64,000 nucleotides of DNA from Pseudomonadota bacterium (GTDB lineage Bacteria > Pseudomonadota > Alphaproteobacteria > Rickettsiales > UBA8987), in NCBI GenBank assembly GCA_048498735.1, contig JBEHXK010000008.1:2604-66603 (forward strand), given 5' to 3'. The notes below the pieces were generated by a model. The model saw only the letters and a program-made list of their open reading frames with translations. It had not been told where the DNA came from and searched no databases. Shown here one piece after another: positions 40,380-49,428 of the stretch. The translations under genes and the position numbers were made by a program. Each line of letters opens with the position of its first letter. Within the stretch, counting starts at the first letter, position 1.

Positions 40380-40919
40380 ATGAAACCTCCTGTTATAGAA
40401 ATATTTCAGGCGCCATCGGTTGAGCCGGTATCGCTTGATGAAGCAAAAACCTATCTGCGTATAGATGGTGAGAATGAAGACGATCTGATAAACAGCATGA
40501 TTTCTGCGGCACGTATAACGACAGAAAAATATATTGGTCTTTCGATCATTTCTCAAAAGATCAAACTTTCATATGACGAATGTGTTCCAACGGAAATCAT
40601 TCTGCCTTATGGGCCCGTTACTGCCATCGATTCAGTTACCATTATTGATACTGATGAAAATGATAATCTGCTTGATAATTCAAATTATTATTTGAGTGCG
40701 GGTAAGGTAAGTCTGATTTTCAATCAGCAGCCATATGGTCGCAGAACGGAAATAATATACAGCACAGGCCTAGCAACAGATGAAAGTGATGTTCCAGCAA
40801 TTCTGAAACAGGGCTTATTTGCACATATCGCAGGGCTTTATGAAAGAAAGGATGCTTCGGCTGCAATGAGTTCGGCATCTATATCGCTTTATAATTTTTA
40901 TCGCAATGTAAGGATATAA
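40380..40919 (+). CDS. Head-tail connector/adaptor, RcGTA g6-like
   Basis: P.VEPVSLDEAKTYLRID..EDDLI..I.AAR...E, VP..LKQ...IA.LYE.K and C-terminal YR.VRI motifs. Confidence 0.9.
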   Translation: MKPPVIEIFQAPSVEPVSLDEAKTYLRIDGENEDDLINSMISAARITTEKYIGLSIISQKIKLSYDECVPTEIILPYGPVTAIDSVTIIDTDENDNLLDNSNYYLSAGKVSLIFNQQPYGRRTEIIYSTGLATDESDVPAILKQGLFAHIAGLYERKDASAAMSSASISLYNFYRNVRI

Positions 40920-40920
40920 C

Positions 40921-41523
40921 ATGACCTCATTCCATGATGTTAGATTTCCTGCGGATATATCATTTAAAGCCAAGGGTGGGCCAGAATTTAAAACCGATAT
41001 AGTTACACTTTCGAGCGGTCAGGAGAAACGCAATATTTCCTGGGAATCTGCACGCCACAGATACATTCTCGATTATAAGGATATATCATCGGCACAGGCT
41101 AAACAGATAAATGAATTCTTCATGGCGAGAAGAGGTCGGGCCTATGGTTTCAGATATAAAGACTGGAATGATTATACTGCCAAGAACCAGCTTATAGGCA
41201 CAGGTGATGGCACAACGAAACAATTTCAATTAGTAAAAAATTATGGTGAAGAAAATTTTAGCTTTCAAAGAAGAATTAGACGACCGGTTAGCGGGAATGT
41301 GGTTCTTTATATTAATTCTACCCAGCAACAGAACAACTTTTCTGTCGATTATAGCACTGGAATTATCAATTTTAATACAGCTCCTACCCTACATCTTCCA
41401 ATAACCGCCAGCTTTGAATTTGATGTGCCCGTCAGGTTCAATACAGACCTGCTTGAAAGCGATGTGGAGAATTTCTCAAAAACCAGCACACGCAAAATAG
41501 AATTAATAGAAGTTAAGAATTAA
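40921..41523 (+). CDS. GTA baseplate/distal-tail protein, RcGTA g12-like (DUF2460)
   Basis: FHDVRFP, GGPEF.T, SG.E.RN..W, FF.ARRG...GFR.KD, GDG....FQL.K.Y and FEFDVPVRF motifs. Confidence 0.93.
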   Translation: MTSFHDVRFPADISFKAKGGPEFKTDIVTLSSGQEKRNISWESARHRYILDYKDISSAQAKQINEFFMARRGRAYGFRYKDWNDYTAKNQLIGTGDGTTKQFQLVKNYGEENFSFQRRIRRPVSGNVVLYINSTQQQNNFSVDYSTGIINFNTAPTLHLPITASFEFDVPVRFNTDLLESDVENFSKTSTRKIELIEVKN

Positions 41524-41526
41524 GCC

Positions 41527-42360
41527 ATGAAACAGATATCAGATAATCTGCAGGCTCACCTGCAATCGGAAGTGACCACGCTTACATTCTGCTGGAAGAT
41601 CACGCTTTCCGATAGCAGCGTACTTGGTTTCACATCACATGATGATAATATAATTTTTGATGGGGTTTCATATATAAGCAGATCCGGCTTTACCCTGGAT
41701 CAATATGCAGGAGATCTGCCGCAAAACGGTAATAGCCTTGAAATACTAGGTATTATTGATTCAGATTTTTTTAACGAGGTTGATATAAGATCAGGCCGCT
41801 TTGATAATGCGGAAGTGGAAATATTCGCATTGAATTATGTTTCACCTACTGATGGTAAAGTGATTTTAAAGAAAGGGATAATTTCAGAGATCACAAATAC
41901 TGGAGATGGTTTTGCAGTAAATATAAAAGGCATCAGTGACAGACTAAATAAAACGCTCACACAATGTTACTCACCCTTATGCCGTGCCAAATTTGGTGAT
42001 GATAAATGTAAGATAGATGCAGCATCATATACTTATACCGGTACAGTCACTAATGTAACGGACGAACGTAATTTTGCCGATACATCCCGTACAGAACAGA
42101 ACGGATATTTCAATAAAGGCATAATAAAATTCACATCAGGTTCTAATGCCGGTTTCTCGACAGAAATTAAGATATCAGCAGGTTCCGCGCTGACATTATC
42201 GATACCTTTTCCGAACAAAATAAATATCGGTGATGCCTATCAGATAACCGCCGGATGCGACAAAAGTTTCCCCACATGCATCTCAAAATTTTCCAACTCA
42301 ATTAATTTTCGTGGCGAACCAGACATTCCGGGAATTAATAAAATTTTCAAGGTCAGCTGA
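41527..42360 (+). CDS. GTA baseplate hub protein, RcGTA g13-like (DUF2163)
   Basis: TT...CW....D....GFT.HD, GRFDNAEV, CRAKFGD.KC and GCDK...TC..KF.N..NFRGEP.IPG motifs. Confidence 0.93.
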   Translation: MKQISDNLQAHLQSEVTTLTFCWKITLSDSSVLGFTSHDDNIIFDGVSYISRSGFTLDQYAGDLPQNGNSLEILGIIDSDFFNEVDIRSGRFDNAEVEIFALNYVSPTDGKVILKKGIISEITNTGDGFAVNIKGISDRLNKTLTQCYSPLCRAKFGDDKCKIDAASYTYTGTVTNVTDERNFADTSRTEQNGYFNKGIIKFTSGSNAGFSTEIKISAGSALTLSIPFPNKINIGDAYQITAGCDKSFPTCISKFSNSINFRGEPDIPGINKIFKVS

Positions 42361-42806
42361 TGGATTTGCGAGAACAAATAATAGCCAAAGCGCGTGAATG
42401 GCTTGATACGCCTTTTGTTCATCAAGGGTGCAAAAAGGGCAAAGGCTGTGATTGCTTAGGTCTTATTCTTGGTGTTGGCGAAGAGCTTGGAATAAAATTC
42501 AATGGTATTCCACTGAAGAGATATGCACCTGCCAATTACAGCAGAACGCCAAACGGTTTATTGTTGAAGCAAAGATTAGATGCGCTGCTCAAAAAGAAAG
42601 AGAAAAAAGATATAAAACCCGGTGATATATTTTTGATGAATTTTGGGAGCAACCCACAACATCTGGGTTTTTTCAGTAATTATGAAAATGATTCCGCAGC
42701 CCTTGGTTTAATTCATTGTTATTCGCAGACCGGCAAAGTGGTTGAGCATAGGCTCACAAAATTCTGGCATGAGAAAATCGAGCAAGTTTATTCAATTACG
42801 GATTAG
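42360..42806 (+). CDS. NlpC/P60 cell-wall peptidase, RcGTA g14-like
   Basis: AREWLDTPF.HQG, GCDCLGL (Cys), PGD, HLG and IH: catalytic residues present. Confidence 0.92.
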   Translation: MDLREQIIAKAREWLDTPFVHQGCKKGKGCDCLGLILGVGEELGIKFNGIPLKRYAPANYSRTPNGLLLKQRLDALLKKKEKKDIKPGDIFLMNFGSNPQHLGFFSNYENDSAALGLIHCYSQTGKVVEHRLTKFWHEKIEQVYSITD

Positions 42807-42808
42807 TT

Positions 42809-45800
42809 ATGGCAACAGCAATTATCACAAGCGCAGCAGGAAATCTAACATCGTCGGTAACCAGAAGTTTGGGAATTAACTCTATTCCTTTCGCAGGCAG
42901 TGCATTGTCGAGCATACTTAATAGTCAGGTGAGGTCGCTTGGTACGCAGCTTGGTAATGAAATAGATTCAGCCCTTTCTGATGAAGTTATAAATAAAATT
43001 AAAGGGCCAAGACTAACGGATCTGACAGTTCAAACCTCAACCTATGGTGATGTTATACCACTGGTTTTTGGCAGGATAAAACTTTCAGGAAATGTGATCT
43101 GGGCATCAGATATAAAAGAAATAGGTGTTACTAACACTATAAATGGCGGAGGGAAGGGCGGCAGCGTTGCTGCGCCTAAAACAACTCAAACCCAATATCA
43201 ATATAAAGTAACATTTGCAGTTGCCCTGTGTGAAGGAGAAATTACAGGCATTGAAAGAGTGTGGGCGGATAATGACTTGATAAACTTAAGCGACTATTGC
43301 ACTTCATATACTTTATATAAAGGTGATGAAAGCCAGATGCCTGATACAATAATAGAATCATATGAAGGTATTGGAAATGTACCGGCATACAGAGGTATGG
43401 CCTATATTGTGTTTGAGGATTTTGATCTTAATTCGTTTGGTAATCGTATTCCAAATTTGGCATTTGAAGTTAACCGCACATTGAAAGGTAGTTTTAGTGG
43501 CACCGGTTCAGCAGAAGACTTAGTAACTGCAATAACCTTGATTCCTGGCTCAGGAGAATTTGTGTATGACACGATTGTGCAGAAGAAAATATATGGTGTG
43601 GTGGTTAATGATACATTTATCCAGCGCGGTGGCAGCGATATTATAAATATGAATAACGCCAGCAATAAGGCGGATGTTCTGGTTTCACTCGATATGCTGC
43701 AGGAAACCTTTCCCAATCTGGAATGGGTTTCGATAGTTTGTGCATGGTTTGCCGATTCACTTGATGCGAATGCAGCAACAATTAAGCCCGGTGTTGAATA
43801 TAAAGAAAACACCACCACAACACCTGATGTCTGGAGTGTTGGGGGTTATGATCGCGATACGGCAAAGCAGATAACCGTGGTTGATGGCAGCGCAATATAT
43901 GGAGGCACACCAAATGATCAATCTATCATAAGGCTGATAGATGAACTAAAGAGCCGCGGCTTGAAAGTTATGTTCTATCCGATGTTGTTTGTGGATAATA
44001 CCGATAAACCTTGGCGCGGACACATCACAACTTCTCCAGCGAATATTCCAAACTTTTTTACAAAAACCTATGGTTATAATGATTTCATTTTGCACTATGC
44101 CAATCTGGTAAAAAATAAAGCCGATGCATTTATCATAGGTTCAGAATTAAAAGGCCTTACCCAAGTGCAGGATGGGTCAAATAATTTCCCTGCAGTTGCA
44201 CAATTGGTCAGCCTTGCGGGCTCAGTTAAAAGCACCATGGGTTCTTACACAAAAATCACATATGCCGCAGATTGGAGTGAATATCATTCAGTTAATGGTT
44301 GGTATAATATGGATGGTTTGTGGGCGAGCAGCAATATAGATATGATCGGCATTGATGCTTATTTCCCGCTGACCAATCGTCCGCAGAATGGTATATATGA
44401 TGTTCAGGAAGTGATTGATGGCTGGACCAGTGGCGAGGGATATGACTATTATTATAATTACCCTGATCGGATTACGCAGAACACACTTGGCGTCGCCTAT
44501 GCATGGAAAAATATAGCATGGTGGTGGGGCAATCATCATACTAATCCAAATTCGGTGCAAACTTCATGGGTGCCGCAATCAAAGAAAATCTGGTTTACGG
44601 AATTCGGCTTTCCTTCTGTGGATGGTGCTACTAACCAACCTAATGTATTCTACAATCCGGAATCAACTGAAAGTGCGCTACCATATTTTTCTGAAGGCTA
44701 TAATGATTTTTCTGCACAGCGTTTGGGTATAGAGGCTACACTGTTAAAATGGCAGAACTCTAATATGATTGAAGAAAAATTCTTATGGACATGGGATGCA
44801 AGGCCATACCCATTCTGGCCGGATTTACTCGATGTATGGAGTGATGGCAGCGTATGGAGCAAAGGCCATTGGGTGAATGGTAAATTAGGCCAGGCAGACT
44901 TAGGTGCCGTTGTTAAGGAAATTTCAACCCGCTCTAATATTGAAGGAGATATAATTGATATTTCATGCCTGCAGCAGAATGTTGATGGATTTATTTTAAA
45001 CACAAGAATATCGGGTGCAAAGGCCATAGAGAAACTAAAAGATGCATATTTTTTTAATGGTTGCGAAATCGATGAGGATTTAAGATTCATTACCAGTGGC
45101 AGAGAGAGTGAGCTGGCAATTTCGGAAGATGACCTTGCGGATATTGGTAAGCAGAAACTGGTAATAAATTATATTTCTGTAACCTATCTGCCATCACATA
45201 TGGATGTGAACTTCATAAAGCGCGACAATAATTATGGAATTGGCACAACAAGCAATTCACGCGATAGTATCTCCATAAAACAGATATATGAATGTAATTT
45301 CCCACTAGTAATAGATGAGCAAAAAGCAAAATCTATTGCAGAGATATCAGTTGCTGAGAACTGGCTGGCACGGAAATTATATAAGTTTTATTTGCCGCTG
45401 AAATATATCACTTTGGATATTGGTGATTTAATAAGCCTTTCGCTTAATAACGGAAATATCGAAAAACTACGCGTGGGAAAGATAATATATAATAAGAATT
45501 ACCTAACTATCACAGGCAAGGGTTTTGATTCATCCATATATGAAATGAGAAGTAAGCAGGATTATGAGCCTGGCAATAATGTTGAGACCTCCTCGCTACA
45601 GACAGAAACGGTGGTTGAATTTTTAGACCTTCCAGCACTTTCTGAATCTGATATTGATCCGGGCACTATAAGAATTGCAGCTTGCGGGAGAAATTCTAAC
45701 TGGCATGGTGCAGAAATATTTTATTCTTTCTCCGATAATTTCCAATCGCTAACACGGATAGAAACCCCTTCAGTAATGGGAAATGCCATTGATACATTAC

Positions 45801-46522
45801 CGGATGGAAATCCATTTATATTCGATGAGAACACGGAAATAGAAATTTATCTTTTAAATGGTGAACTGACATCGGTCACTCAAGATGAAGTGATAAATGG
45901 AAGTAACCTGGCGATTATTGGCGATGAAATAATTCAATTTAGCGAAGCTGAGTTTATTGAGGAAAATCGTTATATGATAAAAGGATTATTACGCGGGCGC
46001 TATGGGACGGAAGATAAAACAAGCACGCATGTTGCGGGCGAAAGATTTATTCTGCTCGACCAGAATATAGTGCGGGTTGAATTACCAAAAACATTTATAA
46101 ATTCGGATATAAATTTTAAGGCAGTTACTTTTGGCCAGAATATAAATGATGTAGATGCTGAAAATTTTCACTATAGGGCGAATAACCTTATACCACTTTC
46201 GCCGGTTTATGTAACTGCAAGCAAAGATGGCAGTGGTGATATAAACATTTCCTGGGAGAGAAGATCGCGCGAATTTTCAGGTTGGCATGATTATGTGGAT
46301 ATACCGCTGGCAGAAGGGGCGGAAAAATATGTGCTCAATATTCTGGATGGGTCTAATAATGTAATCAGGACTATTCAGCCCACTGATCAATATTATATCT
46401 ATTTGAATTCTGAGCAGATTTCAGATTTTGGCGGTGCGGTTACCAGTTTAAATATAGAACTCTGCCAATTCTCGCAGGTAATGGGTAATGGTATTGAAAA
46501 ACAAGCGAATTTCAGCTTATAG
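42809..46522 (+). CDS. GTA 'megatron' baseplate/host-specificity protein, RcGTA g15-like, with TIM-barrel glycoside-hydrolase-like domain
   Basis: GPRL.DL, GNVIWA, PAYRG.AY.VFE, FGNRIP, LIPGSGEFVY, GGTP.D, IGSE, YAADWSEY, WFTEFG, WTWDARPYP, GHW.NG and LLRG..GTE motifs; 1237 aa. Confidence 0.94.
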   Translation: MATAIITSAAGNLTSSVTRSLGINSIPFAGSALSSILNSQVRSLGTQLGNEIDSALSDEVINKIKGPRLTDLTVQTSTYGDVIPLVFGRIKLSGNVIWASDIKEIGVTNTINGGGKGGSVAAPKTTQTQYQYKVTFAVALCEGEITGIERVWADNDLINLSDYCTSYTLYKGDESQMPDTIIESYEGIGNVPAYRGMAYIVFEDFDLNSFGNRIPNLAFEVNRTLKGSFSGTGSAEDLVTAITLIPGSGEFVYDTIVQKKIYGVVVNDTFIQRGGSDIINMNNASNKADVLVSLDMLQETFPNLEWVSIVCAWFADSLDANAATIKPGVEYKENTTTTPDVWSVGGYDRDTAKQITVVDGSAIYGGTPNDQSIIRLIDELKSRGLKVMFYPMLFVDNTDKPWRGHITTSPANIPNFFTKTYGYNDFILHYANLVKNKADAFIIGSELKGLTQVQDGSNNFPAVAQLVSLAGSVKSTMGSYTKITYAADWSEYHSVNGWYNMDGLWASSNIDMIGIDAYFPLTNRPQNGIYDVQEVIDGWTSGEGYDYYYNYPDRITQNTLGVAYAWKNIAWWWGNHHTNPNSVQTSWVPQSKKIWFTEFGFPSVDGATNQPNVFYNPESTESALPYFSEGYNDFSAQRLGIEATLLKWQNSNMIEEKFLWTWDARPYPFWPDLLDVWSDGSVWSKGHWVNGKLGQADLGAVVKEISTRSNIEGDIIDISCLQQNVDGFILNTRISGAKAIEKLKDAYFFNGCEIDEDLRFITSGRESELAISEDDLADIGKQKLVINYISVTYLPSHMDVNFIKRDNNYGIGTTSNSRDSISIKQIYECNFPLVIDEQKAKSIAEISVAENWLARKLYKFYLPLKYITLDIGDLISLSLNNGNIEKLRVGKIIYNKNYLTITGKGFDSSIYEMRSKQDYEPGNNVETSSLQTETVVEFLDLPALSESDIDPGTIRIAACGRNSNWHGAEIFYSFSDNFQSLTRIETPSVMGNAIDTLPDGNPFIFDENTEIEIYLLNGELTSVTQDEVINGSNLAIIGDEIIQFSEAEFIEENRYMIKGLLRGRYGTEDKTSTHVAGERFILLDQNIVRVELPKTFINSDINFKAVTFGQNINDVDAENFHYRANNLIPLSPVYVTASKDGSGDINISWERRSREFSGWHDYVDIPLAEGAEKYVLNILDGSNNVIRTIQPTDQYYIYLNSEQISDFGGAVTSLNIELCQFSQVMGNGIEKQANFSL

Positions 46523-46542
46523 CTTTATGTGCCAGTAAAGGC

Positions 46543-46570
46543 TTGACAGGCCGGGTTATTTATATATGTT
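46543..46570 (+). promoter_or_regulatory. Putative sigma70 promoter of rpmJ
   Basis: TTGACA-N16-TATGTT. Confidence 0.45.
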
Positions 46571-46595
46571 TGGCCTTCCAAAATTAAGAGATTTT

Positions 46596-46721
46596 ATGAA
46601 AGTTGTTAATTCACTTAAATCCGCAAAACTTCGCGATAAGAACTGCCGCATCGTGCGCAGGAAAGGCAGGGTTTATGTTATCAATAAGAAAAACCCTAAG
46701 CTAAAAGCTCGCCAAGGCTAA
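46596..46721 (+). CDS. rpmJ: 50S ribosomal protein L36, type B (no zinc ribbon)
   Basis: Below the ORF track size cut-off. Translates as [41 protein letters not shown]. Confidence 0.96.
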   Translation: MKVVNSLKSAKLRDKNCRIVRRKGRVYVINKKNPKLKARQG

Positions 46722-46727
46722 TTAGTA

Positions 46728-47723
46728 TTATTTTACGGTCAGATTAAGTATCTCATAAAGGAATTTCTCTCCTTTATCTTTTATTATCTTGTCCTTGAGC
46801 GATTGTGCTGCCTGTTTTCCAAGGGCATGTCCATCTTCTGAACTTTTTTCAATTTGATATAAATTATTACCTGCTTCATCCGAGATCTCAGCTTTCAGGA
46901 TAATATTTCCTCCCGAAATTTCTGCGTAAGCACCAATAACAGTATGGCAATTGCCGCCAAGTTCATAAAGAAATTCTCTTTCAACAATAGTGATTCTTTC
47001 AGTTGGCGCATGGTTTATTTGGCGAAGCAGATCAAAACAATTTTTATTATCAGCGCGACATTCAACACCAATAGTCCCTTGGCCTGCTGCCGGCAGCATT
47101 TCATCATATGACAGTTTGAAATAAAACAGATCGGAAAGATCAAGATTGTCACCACTTCTGATTATTGCAGATTCTGCCATAAGAATTGCATCATAGGCGA
47201 GTGGTTTATGTTCGGTCCAAACATGCATTCCCTTCAACTTTGCAATTCTGGTTTGAACGTTGCCGCGCAGGTTCTTAACGATAAGTTCAGGGTTTGAGCG
47301 TAGTAATGCAGCTTTCCTGCGCGCGGATACTGTTCCAACAACATAACCTGCCGGTAGCTCTTTGAGATTTTTAAAAGTTTTATCTTTTAGAATGATTACG
47401 TCCGCTGCCGATTCCCTTTTTAGGAAAGCTGCGAAGACTAATTCTTCTTCCCGCATATTGCCGGCAACATCTTTCATCGAATGAACGGCAATATCAATTT
47501 CGCCGCGTTTCAAGGCTTTCTGTATTTCGCTGGTGAAAGCGCTTTTGCCATCTTCAAAAATATCACGTAGAGGTTTATGATGAACCTGATCTCCCTTGGT
47601 GTTCATACCAACGATTTGGAAATCTATATCTGGATTTTTTTCTTTGAGTTTTTTGATAACAAGATCTGTCTGCGTGAGTGCAAGACTACTTTTGCGCGTG
47701 CCAACTTTAATTGTTTTTGCCAT
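46728..47723 (-). CDS. hemC: Hydroxymethylbilane synthase
   Basis: GTRKS.LA..Q, T.GD, DIAVHSMKD, RGNVQTR, PAAGQG and GGNC motifs. Confidence 0.94.
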   Translation of the reverse strand: MAKTIKVGTRKSSLALTQTDLVIKKLKEKNPDIDFQIVGMNTKGDQVHHKPLRDIFEDGKSAFTSEIQKALKRGEIDIAVHSMKDVAGNMREEELVFAAFLKRESAADVIILKDKTFKNLKELPAGYVVGTVSARRKAALLRSNPELIVKNLRGNVQTRIAKLKGMHVWTEHKPLAYDAILMAESAIIRSGDNLDLSDLFYFKLSYDEMLPAAGQGTIGVECRADNKNCFDLLRQINHAPTERITIVEREFLYELGGNCHTVIGAYAEISGGNIILKAEISDEAGNNLYQIEKSSEDGHALGKQAAQSLKDKIIKDKGEKFLYEILNLTVK

Positions 47724-47763
47724 TAAGAAAATGATAGAATGAAAATTAGATTAAGACAAATTT

Positions 47764-48075
47764 TTAGATCGACATCCTGATGATATCCTGGAAGGCGCTG
47801 ACCAATCTGTCACGTATAGCAATAACAGTTCTTAAACTGGTTTCTGCATTTGCAACTGCTACAGCTAAGTCTTCAGTGCTTACTTCACCGGTTACAGATT
47901 TTTTACCGGCTGTTTCCGCAGTTTTTAATTTATCAAAAGTATTGCCAAGTGCGGCTTCAACCATTTCAGTGAAGCTTGAGCCATCAGTGCCTTCAGCATC
48001 TTCAGTATAGTTTCCCTGAAGCTGTGCCATTTTATTATAGGCGGATAATGCATCTAATGTTTTAAGGTCTGCCAT
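47764..48075 (-). CDS. fliE: Flagellar hook-basal body protein FliE
   Basis: SF.EM...AE.S...IAIRDRLV.AFQDIIRM.I C-terminus; follows flgC. Confidence 0.92.
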   Translation of the reverse strand: MADLKTLDALSAYNKMAQLQGNYTEDAEGTDGSSFTEMVEAALGNTFDKLKTAETAGKKSVTGEVSTEDLAVAVANAETSLRTVIAIRDRLVSAFQDIIRMSI

Positions 48076-48092
48076 GAATATAGTTTCCCTTT

Positions 48093-48557
48093 TTATCGCA
48101 TTAAATCAAGTGCTCTTTGCTGTATCTGTTTTGTATTTTCAATCGCGCTGATATTTGCCTCATAACTTCTTTGCGCTTCGCGAAGATCCATAGACTCAAG
48201 AGCAGGATCAACATTAGGATATTTCACATAGCCCTGTGCATCAGCTGCAGGATGATTTGGTTGATACATAAGTTTGAAATCAGAATTATCAAAATCAGTT
48301 TTTCTAACCTGAACCAGATTGGCGCCGGTTTTTGGATCTTTTGTTTCTTCAAAAAACACTAACTTTCTGCGATATGGAATATCTGTTGGGCTGATACCTG
48401 TTGTGTTAGCGTTGGCGATATTTTCAGTGACTATACGAATTCTTTGACTTTGCGCCTGCATGGCAGAGGCAGAAGTGCTTAATGAATCATCCAGCGGTCC
48501 TGCAAGAGCTGCAACCGGAAAAAGTAATGAGATGAGAATGTATATTCTTTTAAGCAT
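48093..48557 (-). CDS. flgC: Flagellar rod protein FlgC with a signal-peptide-like N-terminal extension
   Basis: SAM.AQS.R....ENIANA, PYRRK, YQP.HPAAD..GYV.YPNV and EAQRSYEAN motifs, plus an extra N-terminal MLKRIYILISLLFPVAALA. Confidence 0.93.
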   Translation of the reverse strand: MLKRIYILISLLFPVAALAGPLDDSLSTSASAMQAQSQRIRIVTENIANANTTGISPTDIPYRRKLVFFEETKDPKTGANLVQVRKTDFDNSDFKLMYQPNHPAADAQGYVKYPNVDPALESMDLREAQRSYEANISAIENTKQIQQRALDLMR

Positions 48558-48928
48558 TAGCTGTTACTGCTATTTCCAAGAGCATCGCTGATCAGTGCCA
48601 TGATCTTTTTATATGTCGCCGATGCAGTGGTGAAGTCAGTATTATTTTTTGCCAGTTCAACCGCTTCCATATCAAGCTGAACAGTATCTTTTGTTTCCAC
48701 CACAGGATTTTCCTGCGAAGAATTTAAACCTTTAATGTGGTTAGCGTGAGTTGTTTCCAGAGTCACCATTGAGGATTGAACCATGGAAGCAAAATCCGGC
48801 TGGTTGATATCCTTACGCATATAGTTTGGAGTGTTCGCATTGGCGATATTCTCTGAAAGCACCTTCTGGCGTTCAGTATCATATTTCATTTTTGTGGCAA
48901 GCATGCCAAGTAAAGATGTATCAGCCAT
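48557..48928 (-). CDS. flgB: Flagellar rod protein FlgB (divergent)
   Basis: RQKVLSENIANANTPNY..KD, T...HI and V.LD.E......N motifs; precedes flgC. Confidence 0.88.
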   Translation of the reverse strand: MADTSLLGMLATKMKYDTERQKVLSENIANANTPNYMRKDINQPDFASMVQSSMVTLETTHANHIKGLNSSQENPVVETKDTVQLDMEAVELAKNNTDFTTASATYKKIMALISDALGNSSNS

Positions 48929-48972
48929 AACCAAATCTTATCTATAAATTGCCTTCAATCAAGCCGCAGGCC

Positions 48973-49428
48973 TCATTTATGATAGGATTTACCCTCTATG
49001 ATCATATGGCTGCGGTATAATTGTTCTATAAGCAATAACCTTGCCAACATATGGGGATAAGTAAATTTACCTAAAGATATTATAAGATTGGCGGATTTTC
49101 TCATATTTTCGCTTAGGCCTGCAGCGCCACCGATTATAAAAGCGATATTACCGGTCTGGTTGGATGCAATTTTTGCAAGCTGTCCGGCAAATTCTGGTGA
49201 GGTCATTAATTTGCCGGTTTCATCCAATATGATCTTATAATAACCCTCTGGAATTTTTGATAAAAACAGCTTTTCTTCTTCCAGTTTTACCACATCAGGG
49301 TTTTTATTTTTACCACCATCAAGCTCAATAATATTTATCTTCCAGGGCAGACGTTTAACATATTCTGATATAAGAGATTTTATATTAGAATCGTTAAGTT
49401 TTCCTATGGCAATGATGGTTATTTTCAT
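48973..49428 (-). CDS. rlmH: 23S rRNA pseudouridine-1915 N3-methyltransferase
   Basis: MKITIIAIGK, LDE.GK..TS..FA, FIIGG..G and PH..R..L.EQLYR motifs; ends YHK; ATGA overlap with tolB. Confidence 0.95.
   Translation of the reverse strand: MKITIIAIGKLNDSNIKSLISEYVKRLPWKINIIELDGGKNKNPDVVKLEEEKLFLSKIPEGYYKIILDETGKLMTSPEFAGQLAKIASNQTGNIAFIIGGAAGLSENMRKSANLIISLGKFTYPHMLARLLLIEQLYRSHMIIEGKSYHK

Larger units (their letters stand above)
33338..46522. mobile_element. Domesticated RcGTA-like gene transfer agent genes in two blocks separated by recA-alaS
   Basis: Portal (-) plus protease, capsid, connector and g12-g15 (+) in RcGTA order. All ORFs intact; no integrase, replication or lysis genes seen. 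Confidence 0.88.

Noticed and set aside
33338-46522. Calling the phage-like genes a prophage
   Set aside because: No integrase, repressor, replication or lysis genes and no att repeats were seen. The genes are interleaved with recA and alaS and follow RcGTA g3-g6/g12-g15 motifs and order.
48958-48973. Sigma54 promoter before flgB (AGGCCTGCGGCTTGAT, minus strand)
   Set aside because: It gives GG-N10-GA rather than the near-invariant GG-N10-GC and abuts the rlmH stop codon. Too weak to call.
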